From Antedon mediterranea (Eukaryota > Animalia > Echinodermata), in assembly GCF_964355755.1 (NCBI RefSeq), contig NC_092678.1:16845881-16909880 (forward strand): a DNA stretch of 64,000 nt, given 5' to 3'. A program made the translations under genes and the position numbers. How positions within the stretch are numbered: the stretch's first letter is position 1; each line of letters begins with the position of its first letter. This document shows, in pieces, positions 49,264 through 64,000 of the stretch. The notes under the pieces are model-generated. The model did not search any database. It saw only the letters and a program-made list of their open reading frames with translations, and was not told where the DNA came from.

Positions 49264-51786
49264 ATTTACAACGAGATATTGGCTTATAGTGACACTTTAG
49301 AGTAGTTATTTTTGATTTGATTTATTTCGATACCATTATGTAGAGAAAACAAACACAGATAAGAACAAACACAAACAATACTTGTTTTCTCTATATAATA
49401 TAGTATATTATTATCTACTCAAAATGTAATCTACATCCTGATCCTGTCATCTCCAACATAAAACAGTAAACGCCTTCTGACAGAGATACAATTATTATTG
49501 ATACAATGGTAGTCTAACATATAAGATAAAATACAAAAACTTATGCAAAAATTCGTGAACAATTTCTTCCTGAAGTACTGGTAACGTCTTGATGTTCAAG
49601 GGATAAATTTTATAAAAAAGCTGAATATAAGAAATGATTGGGCATATTTAACGAGTTACATTGTTATTGTTATTAACAGTTTATATTGAACTATTGAATC
49701 TGGTAAGTTATTCCATGAAGTTTTGGCAACACATTGGAATGTAGACATCATTCTACCCTTGGTACTGAAAACTAATTATGCAGCTGGTGGAATAAATTGT
49801 TTGTCTGAAAATTTAACATATCATTCGTTCGTGTATTCAGGATTATAAGTATAGATATTAAATGCATTGTAAAAAAATAAAGAAATAAAAAAAATTTGTA
49901 GAAGACAAGATTATTGAAATAATTAATTGATATGATACAGGAGCTTTTCCCAAGATTGCTTTGTTTTGAGCAACATTCGAACTTAGAGAAAATCCAGGGA
50001 AACAAACAAAAAAAACAACAAAAAAACAAGGCAACAGTCAAACAAGATCATTTAAATCTAAAAATGTTGCTTTCCTAATACGGAAACTTTCATAAATATT
50101 CCACTACTTCCTCACTGGACAATTTATTGATTGAGACCTAGGTATTAAAAGTTCAAGAAATCGGAATAATATTAATCGAGCCGTTTACTAGATTCTGGAA
50201 ATTGTTTTTTTTTTTTAATTTGTTGTTTTTAGAAGTAACTGTTAGTTTAGTTTTACATAATTAAGGTACCTCTTGCTGAAGTGTAATTTACTTTGTTTAG
50301 ATCTAAACAAGTGCCAACTAATTGTTAATGGCATCGTTGATAGTCTATTCTGAAAGGTCAGTCAAAAGTGACCATCGTCTCACTTTTGTTCTATCTTTAG
50401 ATACGTTTATAGAAGCAGCTTTATTATAGCTTCTTAATAATATTATTATAATATTCTAGAATAGTTTTTAACTTTGCAAACATGTTGGATACGGTACGTG
50501 TGGCTTTTTGATTGTTTAAACCATTATATATTGGAATTAATTTGATTTAGGTTGAAAGTTTGTGCAATGATGTTTATTAATAATGCAGTTGAGTCCTCTT
50601 TTAGGATACCTTTGGGAAACGTAGGCCCACTGAGTATCCATCCCTATCCTGTGAAATGAATAAGGGATACTATAACACTAACAACGCTTTCTCATCGGTG
50701 GCGAGGGGATTCAGGATCCTGCCATTCAGGATTCAACTGCATACTAATTTAATAAGAGACATGTTTTACTAGATTATTGTTAGTATTGTATACTATCAAA
50801 CTCTATGTGACAACAAAATGTGATGTGCCCATATATGGACATGATGATGTCATTCACTACCATCTTTGGGCATACCACTACCATATATTTGGACACATCA
50901 CACTATTTGTGTTGTCACATAAAGTTTGATAGTGTAGACAAGGCTTAATATTTATTGGAAAAAGTTGTCGTTTACGAGTTTTGTGAATTGAATATTACAT
51001 TTTAAACTGGGCTTATATCTTCGATTAATTGTTTTTTAGTTGAAAGTTTATTGAATTAAATTAAAAACGATAATGATAATTGTTGTTTTTTCTGGTATCA
51101 CAAAACAAAACGTGTTAAAGTAGCTGTTTATTAATTTCTATTGTTCATACATTCTAAAAAATTATCGATCTATAATGTCACCATTTTTGGGATTTGTTGA
51201 AAATAAAACTTTCTTATCGGTGGGTGGGGGGCTGGAGGGTAAGGGATAGATAATACCTATTCTTTTGTACACATGTGTAAATAGCTGAGTGGCATTAAAA
51301 AAAATAGGAGAAAAAACGGTGTGGTAAAAATATTTGATGATTAAACGAACCGGTGTTAGTACAGTATAAGAAATGATGTAGGCCTACAAACAATGGTTTA
51401 GACCGAACATTAGCACTCAACTGTAAGACTCGCCCCAGTTGGACAATGAATACCAGTAACCAAACTGGTAGATTCAAATTCACATTATCATAATATTGTT
51501 GCATACAATAATGATTGCATAAATTATGCTACACTTACCATGAACCGAAGTTATGTAGCTCCACCGGGATATAGATACGTTGTTGTCGTTTATGTTGTGT
51601 TTTAAAGTAGTATACCAATGATCGTAATCAGAAGAGATTGTTTATTCCGAATTGTTTGAATGTTTTTGCTTGCACCATTCCATGTGACACCTGCACGTCT
51701 GGCCCTCACGCGGCGAAGAGCATCGGATTAAACGCAACGCAACCGTTTTAACCAATGACAAGCGAAGTTATATCACAAGCGAATAA

Positions 51787-51965
51787 AGCTTGGTTCCCAC
51801 TAGAACGTAACGCAAGGACGTAAACGCAACGCAAGCGTTTTAACCAATGACAAGCGAAGTTATAGACAGTTAGCAATCACAGGCGAATAAGCCATCGCTT
51901 GTGATTGGTCAATTCACTTGCGTTGCGTTACGTCCTTGTGTTGCGTCGCTAGTGGGAACCACGCT
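51787..51965. mobile_element. PIF/Harbinger-like MITE, TAA TSD
   Basis: taa|AGCTTGGTTCCCACTAG...CTAGTGGGAACCACGCT|taa. Partial duplicate at 51729-51785; decayed relatives at ~24737 and ~42343. Confidence 0.8.
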
Positions 51966-52919
51966 TAAGTAAAGTAAAGGTAGGCTACCGTATCGTTTTA
52001 TCGAGCTTAATCTGTTCTGTTCTTTTTTTAATTTTTCCGTGTTGAATTTATCAACTTAAAACGTTTATCAATCGCATTGAAAACATTTTAAAAGCAATAT
52101 AGTCTTTTTAGTCGCGTGGACGCGATTCTATATCAAATCAAATAAACATTTATTTCTTTCATTCATATTTGAGTAAAACATAATTTCTGATATTTGATAT
52201 ATAAATATTTTTTTTTTTTTAGAAATATAATACAGAAAATCATAATGTATAAAAAAAAGATGATTCAGTTATATAAAAAAATGAAAGAGGCAAAAAAACC
52301 CAAGAAAGTATCGATCAATTGGAAACAAAAATCCAATTGAAAACTTGTATGTTGGGAAGCCATGTAAGAAAATTATATACTTATATATATAAATGTAAAC
52401 ATATAGTTCACTATGTCGGTCGGTCTGTCTGTCGGTCCGGTATCACTATGCGTTTTAGCACGCGACTTATGGCTGTTGGCCTTGTTTATGTAAATCTCAT
52501 TTTTCTTACAACCTTACTCAAGAGTATTAATTAATATTAATTAATGAAGTAACACGATTTATACGCTGAGTAAAATTATCTTTGTTTCTTACTATTATTA
52601 TTATCACAATACAAATATGCAATTTATAGAGTATTTTCAATGAACACAATTGCCGTATTTGGTAGCTGATTTTGATGTGTATGTGACGTCGTCCCGTCTT
52701 ATGACGTCATTACAGCTTCTTTTGCTGTACCCCGAGTATCGCACATTCGTGCTTGTTTTATTATTATTTTTCTTTTGCGGGGGAGGGGTACTTTCTGTCG
52801 TTTTTGTTAACAGGCACACCACAAAAACAATAGACGTAAACGCACCCATTTTCAACAATTCATTTTAATACAAGACAAAGCAGACATACATTGACAAAGA
52901 GCATCGGTATTGAAGTATA

Positions 52920-53355
52920 AATAGCTATGCCAGACATTACTGTCGCAGTCTAATTAGCTGACCTAGATGTCATAGCATCAGACACGGCCGCAGTCTAATG
53001 CCTAGATGTCTATAAATAGTAAGGTATCAGCTGCAATATACCTGGCTAGATGTCTATAAATAGCATTAGACACGGCCTAATGCCTATAAATAGCTCAAGA
53101 TACCAGCTGCAATATAACTAGCCAGATGTCTATAAATAGCATTAGACACCGACTAATGCCTAGGTGTCTATAAATAGCTAAGGTATCAGCTGCAATGCTT
53201 TGCTAGATATCTATAAATAACATCATCAGACACTGTCACAGTCTCGATAACGGCTAGATGTCTATAAATAGCATCAGACACTGCACAGTCTAATGCCTAG
53301 ATGTCAAGGTATCGTATGCAATACACTGTACCTAGCTAGATGTCTATACATAGCA
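52920..53355. repeat. Degenerate ~30-45-bp tandem repeat
   Basis: ctagatgtctataaatagc recurs about 10 times, alternating with cagacac..gtctaatgc and aaggtatcagctgcaat spacers. Confidence 0.85.
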
Positions 53356-54280
53356 ATGCCATCAGTGACAGAAACCAGATTTTGTAGGCGGTTTTCATCA
53401 ATATTTTACTCATAGCACTAATTATCCATTATGTATACATGGTCTAGCACTAGAATTACAAACAATTCTTCATTATTATTATTAAAGTATTGTGTGAATA
53501 ATGAAGACATGACTGTGCGAAATATCCGTCAAGCAGGTCGACACAAGTAACACATCTCATACAATGAACTGAGCAAACCCGATAAAAATGTCCTCATTTT
53601 AGTAACACCCTTAATTATTGTATGGCTAATTATAGATGGCATATTTCAGTATAATTATTACAAATTTTCTATCCAGCTTCAATAAAATTTCAGTAGAATA
53701 ATCAAGATTAACATTAGAATATTACAGATCATATCGGGATAATTACCCCAGGTTACTCAGACTTAGAATTGTTTTATTTGATTTCTAAAATAATCATGAA
53801 TGAATGCAAAAATAAATAACACAAACGAAATGAGGGATTGTGGAGTTTTACATGTTGTACATATGATTTCTAGGACTTCCTCACTTACACTACGTATATC
53901 AGCACAAACAAAAAGTACCTTTATCCCATAAGATAAATCTAAACTCGTGTTTTCATTCTTGTTTTCTAGAAAAGCGTGCAAGGGTAGGAAACGTTTGTAC
54001 ATTCTCAGTTCACAACTAAGCTATGTTCAGACGCAATATGTTATTCAAGAGTATATAAAGCTAGGTGTTAAATCTATTTGATAGACTTTTAAAACATATC
54101 ACATTTCTGTCTATCTTGCTGTACTTGCAAAGGTCATTGACCCTAAAGCATGACATAATGCACTACACCGTACATTACTTGGAATATCTCCCTAGATTTT
54201 ACAACAAAATGTATTTCACTGCTAGAAACCTTAGTCATGAATAACGTGTTGCGTCTGAACACAGTTACGTTTACTCATGA

Positions 54281-63195
<8,915 letters not shown>

Positions 63196-64000
63196 CTTTC
63201 AAAAGAAATTTGTATTATAGTATTGCAATTTTACACACAGAACTACATACTACACACATTTCTATACTTTTATTTCTGAATGAAAATGGCTTAAATTTAG
63301 AGATGATTAAAACAGAGGAGATTCAAATGCTAACATTTAATATTTTATTTATTACCATATTTAAAAATGTATTGTCTCCCAAAAACATTAAAAATGAAAA
63401 TTTATTAAATCAGACTTTTAATAGGTTAGTTTGTAGTTTTAATAAATCCTTAGCAAAAAACAAAAACAAATGATGTTTTCATTTATAACAAATTTGACAA
63501 TTTTTTGCTTCAAATTACAGTTTTTTTCAGGTAAAAAAATTTGGTTTGGATCTAATTTTTGGTCAAAGTAGATAACTATTATATGACATTAAAATGGCAT
63601 ATTCAACAAAATGAATTGTAAAAATTATTTTTCAGGGGGACAATATTTCTTTAAGGTGGCCTATCCAGTTTTTTTGGAAACTGAATATTTAGAGCCTTTG
63701 ATAAAACTGTGTCTGGGGGATTACCACATATAGAACAGTGATAATTTACTATTGGCCATGTGCCTCAACACGAATGGTGAACGTCTTGCGACATAGTGCA
63801 CTTAAGACTTCTCCAATCAGAGCGATTATTGGCCAAAGTGTGCATGGACGTTATTTTATTTATTTTTCTTTTCGTATCATTTTATATAATTTTCACCCAG
63901 CTGGTTTTGGATCATCGACCTCTTGACTTTTCTCATTGATTCGGATAGAGCTCTTTGCGATGGGACATAAAATAAACAAGCACGAATGTGCGATACTCGG

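Overview
AT-rich, intron-rich eukaryotic DNA from an animal, probably a marine invertebrate (inferred from the SINE/MITE repertoire and frequent TAGGCCTA). Splicing by hand gives four genes. (1) S-adenosylmethionine synthetase MAT-A (+, 1790-8195, 9 exons, ~384 aa). (2) Cytosolic methionyl-tRNA synthetase MARS1 (-, 25849-12673, 16 exons, ~795 aa, one GC-AG intron, no C-terminal WHEP domain seen). (3) A second intact MAT paralog, MAT-B (+, 42207/42216-49263, same 9-exon structure). (4) The 3' half of ubiquitin-activating enzyme UBA1 (-, 63195-54281, 10 exons). The two main Met+ATP-consuming enzymes are therefore clustered as MAT-MARS-MAT. Non-coding highlights: a ~270-bp palindrome with a 12-bp target-site duplication in MARS intron 1, whose arms each carry a minimal Penelope-type hammerhead ribozyme motif; a repeated kB/CSL + AARE + X-box-like module in the 16-kb spacer between the divergent MARS and MAT-B; absence of the METTL16 splice-site motif in both MAT copies; patchy exon identity between the paralogs; and a 19x54-bp minisatellite carrying splice signals. 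Many MITEs, SINEs and an RTE fragment fill the rest. All coordinates and counts were read by eye; no searches were run.
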